DNA of 64,000 nt from Basidiobolus meristosporus CBS 931.73 (Eukaryota > Fungi > Basidiobolomycota): assembly GCA_002104905.1 (NCBI GenBank), contig MCFE01000002.1:248559-312558 (forward strand), written 5' to 3'. The position numbers and the translations under genes are program-made. The notes under the pieces were generated by a model that worked only from the letters and a program-made list of their open reading frames with translations, was not told where the DNA came from and did not search any database. Below are positions 1 to 13,459 of the stretch, piece after piece; position 1 is the first letter of the stretch, and each line of letters opens with the position of its first letter.

Positions 1-1562
1 TCACCCAGTGTCTGATCAACCCTCAGGTAGCATGCTTTTGATGAGCTACTCCAGATCACTGCTAACGTAGTATTGTGCGAAAGGTGATCAACAACTTACA
101 ATCGGGAGTCTTGATTGAGCTTCCCCCTCTGTGTAACGGCGAAACTCAAGAGTACCACCAGTTCCTTTCCAAATTACTGAAGATAAGAGTCCAGAGTCTT
201 GGTCTTCTGGTCGAGCCCCTACATCAGTTTTATCATTCTCGCAAAGTGGTAGCGTACACTAACAATCACAAATGCATCATTGAAGTTGTATGAAGATTTA
301 CTGGATAATGATCAGGTCTCTATCTTTTGGTTTGAGCCAAACACCGAGCATCCCATGAGCCACAAGGACCTCGTTAAAGCCAGCGAATGGTCCATTCCTC
401 AAAATGTGATTCAGCAAGCACAGAGAGCAGAGAATGTAAGTACTTACGTCCCGGGACACAAAGCTTGGGCTGACATTTGGATACATCCCTATAGGGGCAG
501 TTGGATCTGGGCCTAGCTCTATCTTCCTTGGCTACCTTCACTCAATCTCATAGCGCTAGCACTGTAAGTCATCCTTGATTTGCTGCCAACTCCCTCGGGA
601 CTGATTTTTATCATCGCACATAGCTTCTCAAAACCAAAGACCAAATTGTCCTGAATATTTTGCTCAAGCTGCTAGAGAGACGTAGGTTTGTATCCCGAGG
701 AATTCAATTACCGGCGGGTTGACTCTAAGATCCGTTCTATCATAGCTTCATTGAGCCCAATCGTACGCTGAGCAAATATGGTCGGGCTTATTTAGATGGT
801 CTTAGACTAGGAGCAAATCAAAGATCCGAAGAGCTTTATCTCGCTCTGGAATTGATTCGTATGGATATATTGCGTGCGGAGCCCTATAGCAAGACATATT
901 TCGGAGCTCCTACGGTTGGCACTGAGGAGGAAAAGAAGCACATTACTCTTATTTGTAGAGTGGCTGGCTTGCTACGTATCCAGGCCAAAGCCCAGCCATG
1001 GGTTGGTAACCTCAACCGGGATCTATTGGTAATCAACGGATTCATCAAGAACCTATCGAAAAGTTTAAGAAATTTGATTGAGATGTCGACCCTCAACCTC
1101 TTCCTGACCAACCGGTGCACCAAAAGCCGAGATGATTATCTTGAAATAGCCTTCAGGTAACACTCGGTCTGTATGCTTCAACAGAAGCCAACTGCTAATT
1201 GGTTCAACAAAACAGCTTGCCGTTCTTGCATGATACCAACACCGCGTTCAGTATTGTCACCAAGGCTTTCTTAGAGAAGAGAATTCAACTCGGTGGTGCA
1301 AGTGCCTCCGAAGCATTAGCATCGTTAAAACAAACGTTCAGTTCATGTATAGATTTGGAATCCGATCTGAAGACACTGTTCAGCTTCTGGGATCAGGTAC
1401 TAATTACTTGTTTCTGGACCCCGTGCTCTTTCCTCATTTTGACCCTCTTCTTGTTAGGTCTTCGCTGCTGTCAAGACATTGCATTCGGAGCAATCCTTGG
1501 AGGCCTCCAGATTCAATGAATATGTGAACGCCGATAAATGGCTGAAAGGATTCAGGCTTTAG
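1..1562 (+). CDS. MKT1: Mkt1-family protein (XPG-like/MKT1_C), 5' part outside the window, multi-exon
   Basis: Exons encode QPWVGNLNRDLLVINGFIKNLSKSLRNLIE...LPFLHDTNTAFSIVTKAFLE...FSFWDQV and end ...NADKWLKGFRL* (TAG 1560-1562), matching the recalled MKT1_C pattern. Confidence 0.75.
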
Positions 1563-1728
1563 TTATTTTCGTCCATAGGACCTCTCTATAGGGTGATGTT
1601 GAGTCTGTTAACAATAAACCACTGAAGCCCATTTGGTTGCCAAGCAATGTACACTATGTAGTTATAAAGGAATGTTGATGTTCATACTATATTTGCTAGT
1701 TGTTAGCGGGTACGAATGGGATAGGGCA

Positions 1729-2850
1729 TTATAGTTTCTTCAACTTGGCGAAATACAAGGGGCCATATCCGTGGGCGGCATCTGGTAAACATATCCAACC
1801 ATGCTTGGTTTTCTCACCCAACGGCCAGTTCTCTTGAACAATCTCAAATGGAACCTTTGACTTGTTGAGCGCCCGTTCGATGACGCCATCATTTTCCAGT
1901 TCGCTCAATGCGCATGTGCTGTACACTATTGTTCCCCCAGGACGTACCACTTTCAATGCTGACTGAAGCAAAGCAAATTGTCTTTTCGCTAGATTCTTCG
2001 ACCTGGATGGGGTCCAAAGCTTGAACTCACTAGAGTCGTGTAAAATATGTCTATCAGATGAGCACGGCGCATCGACCAAAACCTTGTCATATCGATCCAG
2101 TCCGAAGAAAAGGAATTTCCATCCCTCTTCTCCCGTAATTCTCAAGTCAACATTGAATTCTTTCGGAATGTACTCTGCCATGACTCGACTGAGCGTCTTA
2201 CGTCGTGTAGGTGAAGGCTCGTTACTGGTAAGGTGTCCGCCTATTACCCCACTCATGCGCTGTAATATGCAGAGGGATTTGCCTCCTGGCGAGGCGCACA
2301 TATCAAGAACATGTTCGCCAGGCTGAATATCTAAAGCCTCAGTAGCCAATACCGAACCAGCATCGAGTAAATAGTGAGTCAACAAACCCGTTGTCTCGTT
2401 CTTCTCCGGGCGCGGGAAGGAGTAACCACCTATATCCTCGGATACTTGAAAGCACTCGAGGCTTTTGAATGGAAGTTTTTCTAACTTTAGCTCCTGCATG
2501 CTGTCCGGTATCGAAGGATTCTCTTCTGGCGAAGAGTATTTATTTAGCAAACAACTATAGCGCTGAGGAGACTTCAGACTTGGGTGGAGCTGAGTCCAGC
2601 GAGCAGTTCCATAAATACTTTCATAAAATTCGCTGTATTCCTTTTCAACCTCGTCTAAAGTTTTTTGTGCTTTAGACTTACGATGTCGTTCTGTGGCTAC
2701 GGGCTCCTCCGCTTGTTTTGCCTTCTGCTTACTTAACCACGCATTTTGACTGAAAGAGCGCTCTGTTTGAGCTCTACAAGTCAACGCATTGTATACTCGT
2801 CCGATGCCAAGCGTGTATCTTCGGCTGATGAGTGACTGGTACATTCTCAC
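1729..2850 (-). CDS. NOL1/NOP2/Sun RNA m5C methyltransferase, NSUN4-like, probably mitochondrial
   Basis: Single 373-aa ORF with DMCASPGGKS, DKVLVDAPCS and YSTCALSELEN motifs; Arg/Ser-rich N-terminus resembles a transit peptide. Confidence 0.85.
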   Translation of the reverse strand: MRMYQSLISRRYTLGIGRVYNALTCRAQTERSFSQNAWLSKQKAKQAEEPVATERHRKSKAQKTLDEVEKEYSEFYESIYGTARWTQLHPSLKSPQRYSCLLNKYSSPEENPSIPDSMQELKLEKLPFKSLECFQVSEDIGGYSFPRPEKNETTGLLTHYLLDAGSVLATEALDIQPGEHVLDMCASPGGKSLCILQRMSGVIGGHLTSNEPSPTRRKTLSRVMAEYIPKEFNVDLRITGEEGWKFLFFGLDRYDKVLVDAPCSSDRHILHDSSEFKLWTPSRSKNLAKRQFALLQSALKVVRPGGTIVYSTCALSELENDGVIERALNKSKVPFEIVQENWPLGEKTKHGWICLPDAAHGYGPLYFAKLKKL

Positions 2851-3046
2851 CTACTGAAAGCCCTATGCACTTTATTATAATTCAAAATTTCTCGTATGTC
2901 ATGTGACCAGATTGTTGGTGTTTATGAAAAGCAGGTTTGTTTATTCGAATATCTATTCTGCCCAATAGCGTTTCCTCCAAGTTATATTCTCGTGCCGTCG
3001 AGAGTACATATATTCGTTATCCTTTTGTTGCGCTTTCAGTTGCATC

Positions 3047-5581
3047 ATGGGGATATCTGGACTACTACCACTACTGAAACCTATACAGAAGAAGACACAC
3101 CTCTCTTCCTATGAAGGCCAAACTATCGCTGTAGACGCGTATGTATGGTTGCATAAGGGCGCATTCGCATGTGCCAAAGAGTTATGTTTGAACGAACCTA
3201 CCAAAAAGTAAATATTTATATTCTTACTGGTATTTGGTCGAAGCGCTTCACTATCATGTTTCAGTCAATAACCTTCATAAACGTATAGGTACATCACGTA
3301 CTGCATGAATAAAGTGAAGATGCTACGAAGCTTCAATATCAAGCCACTGCTAGTGTTCGATGGAGGACTGCTTCCTTCCAAACTAACGACCGAATTTGAA
3401 CGAGCAAGGTGAGCGTTGAGAGAGTGGTGTTGTCGATCCTTGATATTGACGGGATTTTCGTGGATTTCAGCTCACGAAGCACCAATAGAATCAAAGCCAT
3501 TGAACTGTACGAGAGAGGCAAGAGAAAGGAGGCAATGGACTATTTCCAGAAATGTGTGGATATAACCCCGCAGATGGCATTTCAACTGATTAAAGTTTGT
3601 CGTTATTTCGCCATCAGGCTAACCTTGAATCAAGCTGACAGCAACTGTTAGGCCCTGCGAGAGGAAAACGTGGAATTCATAGTTGCGCCCTATGAGGCTG
3701 ATGCACAACTAGCTTATCTTGACAAAATAGGACGAGTTTCGGCGATCATCACTGAAGATTCTGACCTCCTTGTCTACGGGTGTAAATGTGTAAGTTTCAT
3801 GGAGAGCGTAAGAGATGACGTGGATGGTAACGATGTTGTAGGTGATTTTCAAATTGGATCACCAAGGCAATGGTATAGAGGTCAAGATAGAGGATATCTC
3901 GAAGATGAGCTCGATATTTTTGGACTGGTCACATTCACAATTTCGTCAGATGTGTATCCTATCTGGTTGTGACTACCTAAAATCCATTCCCGGCGTGGGC
4001 CTGAAAACTGCACACAAGTACTTCCAAAAATATCGCTGTTTCGAAAGGGTGAGGAGCTCCAGTAGCCTACGGAAGGATTCTTCGATTTACACGCTTTGTA
4101 CGCTTGCACAATATATTAGGTTATCCGGATACTGCGGCTGGAGAACTCGTTAAAGATTCCTGCTGATTATGAGCAGAAATTCCAGCGGGCAGAGCTAACG
4201 TTTAGACATCAGCACGTGTACTGTCCTGAAGCCATGAAGTTGATCCCATTGAATCCGATTGAGGCTGGCCTAGAAACAATGGTTGTGGATTTTATTGGCA
4301 AGTATGTATTCACTGCTGTTACTGTAGTTTGGCATCGACACGTGTTAACTCTGCATAGATCTCTGCCTTCAAACATTGCTAAGGACATCGCTACTGGTAT
4401 CCTTGATCCAGCCACATACCAACCTTATATCGAATGCGTCAGCGTTCCTACACGGAGGATCAAGGTATGCATCCAGGTACCTTGGATCTTACTTCACTCC
4501 ATCACACTTACCATGCCTATATTAGGTCATCAAATGTATCAAAAAACTGGATTTCTTTACTCCAAAACCAAAGAAATCCTCCAACCTGGAATCCACCGAA
4601 TTACCGCAAAAGAGCAGCCTTTTTCTGGAGAAATCCCGCTCAGAACCTCGCTCTGCAGCCGTCTCTTCGTTTATTCAGGAAAGATCGAGAACGCTACTAG
4701 TCAGTACGCCAGAGCGTAGTTCTTTCTTCAAACCTGCGGGTAATGAGGATCCGGAGATCACTACAACATTATTGCAAAATGAGAATCATATTCCACAAAC
4801 CAGCTCAACCGACAATCTGATGGCGACAACTGAGCAAATACAGGCTGCGGAGGATGGTGTTGACTCGGAAATTAACCATGGACATATGGATCAAGCGCCA
4901 GAAACTCCGAACATTGGCTGTATCGCTGGTTATGATTCACCAACACCTATTCGGACTAAATCCTGGGCGGAGTCACACCAAAGCCTGTCTCCAACAAAAG
5001 ATTTGTTGGGGGCCAAACGCTGTATTACAGATGTGGACGCAGATGATATATCCGACTTCGATAGAGCCCAACATCGTTTAATGCAAGTTGCGAAGAGCCT
5101 ACGTGCCAAGTTCGCAAGAACAGAAAACGAACCAGTAAGTCAGGAGTGTAAACCTGTTGAGAGTACGGTAGCTGAATTCTCCATTACTTTAGCCATTATT
5201 GATGAAATGCCATTCTGTGATAACCCTGGATTCAAAGCCGACCATATCGTTGACCAAATCAAAATCGACTTCGGAGTATGAACCATTCCTATCATTGACC
5301 AAATCAGAGCATGAACCATCCCCATCATTGACCAAATCAGAGTATGAGGGTACGTGTTTACCAAGGAATTGCTATGGCGTGAGGTAACCGAGATCTCCTT
5401 TATTTCAGATCAAACAGCAACATGTAGAGAAACGCCTCGCACCCCGACTGGCAAGAGTACTAGATACAAAGAAACGCCTCGCACCCCGACCAACAAGATC
5501 ACTCGATTCTGCGCGGATAGTCCTACCCTTCCAACCAGCGCACAAAAATTGGAAGCATTCAGATTTAGAGCCAAAACGTAA
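3047..5581 (+). CDS. EXO1: Exonuclease 1 (XPG/Rad2 family), multi-exon
   Basis: Starts [14 protein letters not shown]...[14 protein letters not shown]; contains [23 protein letters not shown] and [19 protein letters not shown]; long disordered C-terminus ends [10 protein letters not shown]. Confidence 0.92.
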
Positions 5582-6261
5582 GATTACATTCCAACAAATT
5601 GGAGGGCAAGAGGAGTGCATGCATCCGACCGTATATGTCCATTAGCATCATGAACGCTTTCTCCCTTTCACGCATAGAACGTAAGCCCCTTGAAAGAATA
5701 AAGATTATAGTGTAATACAATCTCGATACATATATCCGAGACAGCAGATCTCCCGAAACCGTGCTAACGAAGTGCAATAGTGACATTGATAGAATATCGG
5801 AGGGAGTTGTAGAGATAGGCAGAGTAAACCGCCACAGAGGGAGTGGTGCAAGATAGAAACCTGGCTGGCACTTACCCAATAATCCACAGCACCCATGCGC
5901 ATCAACTTCCAACCCAAATAACCAGGATTTTCCTGCCTTTACCTGCTTTTCACCACTAAAAATACTCCTATTATGCGACCTAACGGGTGATTCAGACACT
6001 TGCACTGATATACGCTAGCGCTGATTCAGACTGATATTTTATCCAAATCAATTTAGATGATCTCCGAAAATTCCTATACCTGCACTCATTGATCTGCTGC
6101 TTGAATGTTTCGCACACAATTTGTCGCTCCTATACTTCATTTCAGGGGGGTCGGTATCGCCTGTTTCTCCAGCGAGAATATATATATATTCCTATCCCTG
6201 GGAGGCGGCCAGCGTAACACCTTTCGACCTCTTCCTTTAGCAGCCTACCTCTGTACATATA

Positions 6262-7292
6262 ATGACTCGACCGAATTCTAGGAAGAAACATATCCCCATC
6301 ACTACCAAAGCGATCAGCAAGATCAAGTTTCTGGAAGTAGACGGCATGGAGCTAGCTTGCCAGTTGACTATCTTGGATTCTTTTCTTTACAATCGAGTAT
6401 CTCCAATTGAATGCATTTACAAGGCATGGTGCCAGAAAGAAGAGTGGATGGCTTCAAACATCAAAAACAGTCTTCGGGTCCATCGCCAGGTAAGCTTATT
6501 CCGCTTACTTGACTGGAATTGGAGACGCATACCAATGAACCATCAATTGCCAGATCACCAACTGGCTTGCTAGAGTGATTCTACTGGAGAAAGATACTAT
6601 CCGAAGGATTGCACTGATCGAACATATTATCAACATAGCAAATGTAAGGACGTACCATCCAATACATCCCACTCTCGACTGATCTCAACAATTCTAGCGA
6701 TGCAACTTACTACATAACTTCAACACTACGAAAGCCATATTGGATTGCCTCTCGTTGAAGCAGATCCAAAGCCTTGAACAGACATGGCAGGTAATCTACT
6801 CTCGAATCTGACATGGCCGTTCAAACTCTTCAAGCTAAACCAGTGGCATTATCAAGTTCGTGAATCCAAAGGCCAAGGCCACACTAGAAGGACTCTTTCG
6901 CCTCATGGACGTGGGCAGTAACTTTAGAGAGTACCGCGATAGACTTAAAAAGTTGGCTAAAGAGAATAAGGTTGCCACTGTTCCTTATCTAGGTAAAGCA
7001 TTTTGGCGTTCGTATGAGATATGTGCTAAGCTTTCTGGGTAAAGAGCTGATTTTACAGGACCATGAAGAGAAACTCGAGTTTGATGCATCAGACATGATC
7101 CAAGAGATTGAGATGTTCCAGCACACATACAGTATTTCCCCCATTCCTGAGATCCAGGCGTTTATTGATCACTGCTTGCATGAGCATGGACATCAGAAGG
7201 ACTTTGATCGGCTAGCGGTCACGTTACAGGAGGATGTGAACGACGAAAATCTATACATATTTATGCTGGGAAATCCGCGCCTTAGCTCCTAG
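6262..7292 (+). CDS. RasGEF (CDC25 domain) protein, start uncertain, multi-exon
   Basis: Exons ELACQLTILDSFLY, ITNWLARVIL, LHNFNTTKAIL...QTW, VPYLG and EIEMFQHTY are CDC25-domain motifs. Confidence 0.75.
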
Positions 7293-8119
7293 AGAAGAAC
7301 AGCTCGATGTGATATCAATTCCTAGAGAATAGCAGTTTGACTAGCTGAAACCACTCTAATCTATTCTTGGCGGCGGTACCAATAAACCTTGTCAACATCA
7401 GGAATTTCTTTTCAACGCTATGCCGATGAATGGACCCTTGGCGTTGAATAGGGCTTACTTATTCTATTTTCAGACTGATCAGTGGGTTGCATGAAGATTG
7501 GTCTGTAAGGTTCAGGCATGATAGATGTTTCAGCTGGAAGCAATGTGGAAGGGTTGTAGAGAAACCTTTGGAGAGTGGCTATGACTAATACTCCATAACC
7601 AATGAATGGACTTCAAATAGCCTAGAACATGGTCTTGAGGATCAAGAAATGATCCCATTGCAATGATAATCACCTTCCTATTAGTGTCAATTGTCATAGC
7701 AACACTAGAAACACCGTTTCATTGGTGGTATATCAGCGAAATGTGGAGTGTTACTGGCAGTTAATCTTATTTGCCAATCCATTGGGGCTTCAGTTTCCGA
7801 TCCCGATCAAGAGATAAGTAGTCACTTGTTGCTAATTCATTGGATCGCTCCAGTTGCGGTCACAAATGATAGTCATTCTTACAAAGATAGTAGGTATCCT
7901 CAACGGCTGAAAGAAGCGGGACCGGTCGATTCAGCAAGTTCCGAAGCTAGCGACTTGGGAGCATGTTCGAAAATGGATTACTCTCAGAGCAGATTAAGCC
8001 AATGATATCTCAGTACTCGGATCCGTACTTCTTACTCTCACCGATTGAGCTAATAAAAAGCAGTTCAATCCGTCTAGCAAGATGTACACAGCCCTTTTCA
8101 CATCCTACCCGACCAAAGC

Positions 8120-8866
8120 ATGGACTCCATTTGCTCAAAGCATGCTCCAAGTGAAACTCGTTCGTTCACAGATACTGGAACCCCTCAAACCATCCCGATC
8201 ACCATGCTGCTATCTTTAAACACACTAAGAACAGAACGATCAACAAACCACAATCAGACATCAAGTTGCATAGTATATGACATTCACTACATTTCCGGAA
8301 GAAAGCCTATACTGATCCTCTCTCTATCTCTACAGATTCCTGAGCCCCAACCACAGCCATCTATGAGAACAAGGCCGAACACTAGGGTTGCTCGCAGATG
8401 CAAAAAATATACTGCAAGCTGGAACCCCGTGTTAAGGCCCATCCCCACCATTGAAATCTCCTACCCTACTCCGCCTCCTTCGAGACCAGATAATATCAAA
8501 AAGGTTTATGTACAGAAGGCTTGTATTAATTGTAAATCATCCCACGTAGCCTGTGATACTAGCCGACCATGTCTCCGTTGCCTTCGCAGCGGTAAATCCT
8601 CAACCTGTATTGATGCTAGTAGAAGGAAACGGGGAAGACCTAGTGCTAAGTCAACATCCTCTACCGATGACTCCGATACCAGCATCGATAGTCCAATCAA
8701 ACTCCGGCCGATAGGAATGGTGAACCTGGAGGACAGAGACTCTCTGAGCTTGCCGGGGGTCTACGAAGCACCAGACACTATATATGAGAAAACATCCCTC
8801 AGAGCCATTCTACTTCATCCATCGGATTTAGATCGAAAAGAACCACTCCACTATCCCCCATCATGA
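8120..8866 (+). CDS. Zn(II)2Cys6 transcription factor (Ert1/Rds2/Gsm1-like cluster); true start may be ATG 8363 or an upstream exon
   Basis: ACINCKSSHVACDTSRPCLRCLRSGKSSTC binuclear cluster followed by basic RRKRGRP. Confidence 0.8.
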   Translation: MDSICSKHAPSETRSFTDTGTPQTIPITMLLSLNTLRTERSTNHNQTSSCIVYDIHYISGRKPILILSLSLQIPEPQPQPSMRTRPNTRVARRCKKYTASWNPVLRPIPTIEISYPTPPPSRPDNIKKVYVQKACINCKSSHVACDTSRPCLRCLRSGKSSTCIDASRRKRGRPSAKSTSSTDDSDTSIDSPIKLRPIGMVNLEDRDSLSLPGVYEAPDTIYEKTSLRAILLHPSDLDRKEPLHYPPS

Positions 8867-9448
8867 TCCTATACAAGGTTGATTCCATGTAAGGCCAATG
8901 GTTGAATCATCGCCCTCACCCTTATACATTGTTGATTAATGTTGTGTACATGGAGGATTACCAACTGATTCCAAACGCCATAGACTAATATCAGAGTGCA
9001 AATCAAGTGCAGCTTCCGAAGCAAGAATAAATCGGAATTTATTAAAGCATTTTTGCTATGCTCCCACAATAATAAGCAGATAATAGGTAAATAGCCTATG
9101 GTACAGATGTTGCGATCTAGCTGTGCATTTCCCGTATGTGATCTTCAAGTAGGAAGATAAGCCGTTAATTCTACGGCGACAACACTAGGAAAGCCCGAGG
9201 ACTGCATGAAAAAGCATCAAGATTGGCCGTTTACTTGCACAGTTACAACTGACATGGAGTATCGTGGTGGGTGGAGAGATGTCTCTTTTAGAACTTGTGG
9301 ACAACGCAGCGGAGCGCATACAGGACTGATTTTATTCATAGATTCCGAGGCGGAATCCACAACCAAGGGCATAACGCTTGGCTGATTCGGGTAAAGCCCC
9401 ACATGTATAAATATTGTGGGTGGGAATCTTCCCTTTATTTCACACAAG

Positions 9449-10168
9449 ATGTTTTCGAAGAACACACTACTCTCCTACGCTGCCAGCGAGCCCAACACTG
9501 CGGAAACTGACAACAAATTGCCTCCTCTACGTCCCTACAAATGTAAAACATGTTTCAAGGCGTTCCGAAGATTGGAACACCTTAATCGACACATCCGAAT
9601 CCACACTGGTGAAAAACCCTACGCTTGCTCTTTCCTAGGCTGCGATCGAAAGTTCTCCAGATCCGACGAATTAGCTAGACACTCGCGAGTTCACACCAAG
9701 AAATGCTCCGACAAAACCAGAGTCCCCAAGCCGCTATCATTCCCATTCCCGTCGATGCCCTTCCCCCACCCATATCCCTACTCACCAGAACCGAGCCTCT
9801 ATTCTCAACATCTCTCTCCACATCCCCAAATGTATTTCCAGAGGCCTTACCACTCTCCACCCAACTCTCAATATTTCCCTACTCGTCACGAATCCTTAGG
9901 CAGCCCCAGAGAGATGCTACCAGCATCAGGACCCGGCGTATTTGGCAAGCCAGCTGGGTTTGCACCTTTCAATGCATTTGACCGATATGCACAGCCTGCC
10001 AGTCCTGCACTTTCTTCAAATCCCTCCTCCAACACTGGTTCGGATTCTGAAGAAGACTCACTACCCAGAATCCAACTACCACAAATCGTCACCCAGTCCG
10101 AAAGCAACACCACAGGACGATCATACAAATTGGCCGACATTCTCAACGTGAGTTCCGTTTGTGAATAG
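9449..10168 (+). CDS. C2H2 zinc-finger repressor, CreA/Mig1-like
   Basis: [55 protein letters not shown]; Pro-rich middle; C-terminal LPRIQLP and LADILN. Confidence 0.85.
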   Translation: MFSKNTLLSYAASEPNTAETDNKLPPLRPYKCKTCFKAFRRLEHLNRHIRIHTGEKPYACSFLGCDRKFSRSDELARHSRVHTKKCSDKTRVPKPLSFPFPSMPFPHPYPYSPEPSLYSQHLSPHPQMYFQRPYHSPPNSQYFPTRHESLGSPREMLPASGPGVFGKPAGFAPFNAFDRYAQPASPALSSNPSSNTGSDSEEDSLPRIQLPQIVTQSESNTTGRSYKLADILNVSSVCE

Positions 10169-10631
10169 AGAGAAGCGGGTGGCTAAAAATTAGAGCATAT
10201 ATACAGATTTATTATTTATTATACTTATTTATTGAATTCCAACAATACGGGTCTGCCCAATAAAATAGAGTCGAGGGATCATTGGCATAGATGTTTACAT
10301 TGAACTTCCTTTGTTGGCTTTGGTCATCTTCTGTAACATGAAACCGTCCAAGCGACACACAATAGCGACAGAAACGAATATGGATGTAGAGGTAAATCTT
10401 GTGGTTTTACATCTTGGCTTTTTCTGACGGTTTTCCAAAGTCGAAAAGTAGGCGATCGAGTAGAGTACAACAACGCCTTTTGTTATTCACCTTCCCCTTC
10501 GTCTAGAAAGTCCGCGAACAACAGTGGATTCTTCGCCAAGCCAAATGAATGCCTGTATGTACACATGTTATTTCACACTGTTGCCGCCGACTTTCGTAGC
10601 TAATGGCAAACTCTACACAGTTGAAATCCTC

Positions 10632-11450
10632 ATGAAAAACTCAAATCGAAATGAGATCCCTTCAAAGAAAGAGAATCCATCAAGAAAGAATGGAAGTGCA
10701 GGCTGGAAGAATGTGCTGAAACCTTACACGGAACATCCCGAGAAGTACTCAGATTCTGTGGTATATTCCTTTGACGATGAAATGGTCGTCATATATGATC
10801 AATATCCAAAGGTGAGGCTAAGGTCTTAGTGAACCACCGATAACCTTGCCACTGACGTATGATCAAATAACGCACATCCAGGCCAAAAAGCATTTTCTTA
10901 TATTACCCCGTAATGGCATTGAATCTATTGACGCTTTGACAAAGGAGGATACTGCAGTCTTGTTGAAGTTGAGATCTAGAGGAAACGAATTGATTCACAA
11001 GTTACGGATAGAGTTCCCGGAAATCCGCAATTATCGCTTGGGATTCCATGCAATCCCTAGCTTACAGTATGTTGGATCAATCTACTTTGTTAACCTCCGG
11101 TTAATAACGGTCATGATTTGGCTTGTCTCTTAAAGGCCACTCCATATGCATGTAATTAGTCAAGATTTCATCTCACCGTGCCTCAAGAACAAAACTCACT
11201 GGAATTCCTTCACTACTGACTTCTTTCGTGATGTGGATGTTGTATTGGAAGAACTGACATGCAACGGAGAAATTAAGGTGATTTGCATTCCTTCATCATT
11301 GGCATACCCCTTAGACTAATCCTTATCAAATCGCAGTACGACAAATCACTCTACGAAAGCAAATTGAAAACCCCACTCCACTGTCATCTCTGTGATGTTG
11401 CACCAACGAACATGCCGAAATTGAAAGAGCATTTACTTGAACATATTTAG
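10632..11450 (+). CDS. HNT3: Aprataxin-like HIT hydrolase with C-terminal zinc finger, multi-exon
   Basis: Exons YDQYPK/AKKHFLILPR, LGFHAIPSL, LHMHVISQDF...KTHWNSFTTDFF and CHLC...LKEHL. Confidence 0.88.
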
Positions 11451-11736
11451 AGCAATCACGGAAATGGCGTCACTAGAGTTACCTATCTAAATCTGAAGTA
11501 AATGTAGTGCTTCCATGACCCGATCATGGACATTTATTCAATAGAGTAAACTCAAAAGGAAAGTGGTTGAAAGCAATGTTGAGGAAAGAAAGTGGATGTG
11601 TATATATACGACAGATTTACAAGAAACCTTCAGGTTAGAGTGAATTAGGCATGGGCTTCCTTTGATACACTATAAGGCAAGTAACGGATGCTGTATGTCT
11701 AGCAAGGACTTACGCACAAGTCCAGCATAGTGCAAG

Positions 11737-12830
11737 TTACACGTCAGATGTTGATGGACGAAAAGCCTCAGCATTATTCTCAAAATATCTAGCTACAGTG
11801 TTCCCTCTAGTGCCTGTAAGCTTCATCATGTCTTCAGTGACAAAATTCATCTCGCGTCGCCTCACTAACTCACATAAATCTAGGTAAGTTTCTATTTGGT
11901 ATGGTATATTCTCCGGGGTTTGGATCAAATCGAGGTCTTCTATACTCCCAAGGTACTGACGGCACTCATCACGCGTAACTGGGTCGAATATAACAGGGGT
12001 GTCGAATATCTCACTTGCAACCCTCGCGATTTCTGCTCCGGTCAAAAGCTTGGGACCTGAGGAAAAGGTTAGCATGGTCAGTACGAAACTAGAAAAACCT
12101 GTTGCACTTATGTACCGGTCAAAATATAAGTATGGCTTTGATGGCGATCAATCATCGTAGAGTATTCAATTATCTCGCCACAGGCTTGACATACATTGGA
12201 AACGTCGAGTGGTGCGAATTCCCCTTCTCCAAGTGGTATAGGGAGTACATTCTTTTCGAGCAATGGCTTGCGCCACCATACTAGTGTTTGCAAAAGGAAA
12301 GTTAATCTATCATAGGTTAGCATTAGTACGGTATATAAAAACATTGGCTACAGATGTGAAATAGATACAGGGAGGCATCCACCTCCAAATACTAACCTTA
12401 ATATGCAAGTTTGAGCGGGGCTTTGAGTAACGCGCTCTTCAAGCTGCTTGAATTCGCGCAAGGAATCCAACTGTGAATCCACCCCAACATATGTGAAGCA
12501 TATAATATTTGGCACGTGAACGATATCAGAGGCCTCAACACATAGTAGAGCCAACTTGACTCGCTCTGGCTGAGGCCAAGGTAGAATGACCACCCAATCA
12601 AAGCCCTGAAAACAAGAGTTTAAGGCTTCCTGGTTCCCAAAGTCAGCCTTGACTACGCTACAACCGAAGCCTTCAAGCCTGTCATTAAGGTGGTTATCTT
12701 TCACCACTGCTTGAACTTTTTCGAAAGGACGATGGCTTCGAGACAGTAGATACGAGCAAAGCCTTAGACCAAGAAAGCAGTCGGCTCCCACCACACATAC
12801 TTTAGGTTTGTGGTTATCTGAGTGATTCAT
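11737..12830 (-). CDS. NmrA-like NAD(P)-binding Rossmann protein, multi-exon
   Basis: N-terminal VCVVGADCFLG Rossmann loop; C-terminal LTGAEIA...VTEDMMKLTG typical of NmrA/TMR-like SDRs. Confidence 0.7.
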
Positions 12831-13459
12831 TAGAAAATGAAGCGACCCGCGTAAGATTAAAATAGAAGAGACGGTTTATCAAAGGGCACTCCAAAATTGT
12901 CAAGCAGCTATCAAGAATATGAGGCTGTTGGGTTTTGGTATCTTTGAATAAATCATGCCACAAGTAGATGAATGTGCATGTTACCCAATCAGGTTACCCA
13001 GCAATTGGTTATGGGCATTCATCAACATTCATGTAGCTGATCCGGAATGAGGGAACTGGGTGAAACGGCATCATCTACTACGACAAAAATGTCAGACACC
13101 AAAGAACATCACTACTACCTCAGGTACATCTGCATACCGTTTCACAGTGGTTAATGAAACCCAAACGGGTTTCTGAGCGCATACACACTGGCTGGTGGAA
13201 TAATGTAAGTATCGGTTGTTTGCTTAGCGCGTAATTTCTGAATCACGAAGTATCTCATCATAAACCGAACTCGATGATTGATTGATCCGCCGCATTTTCT
13301 AGAAGTCGGCCATTCCGCCGATTTTTTTGCCCCGTTTCAACGGAATCCGATCATAAATCTCATATATTAGTCCATATACACAAATTGGCCATCACCAAAG
13401 GCATACTCACTGCACCTTTTTCTTATTGAAGCGTATACACCCAGTGCCTATTGAACACG

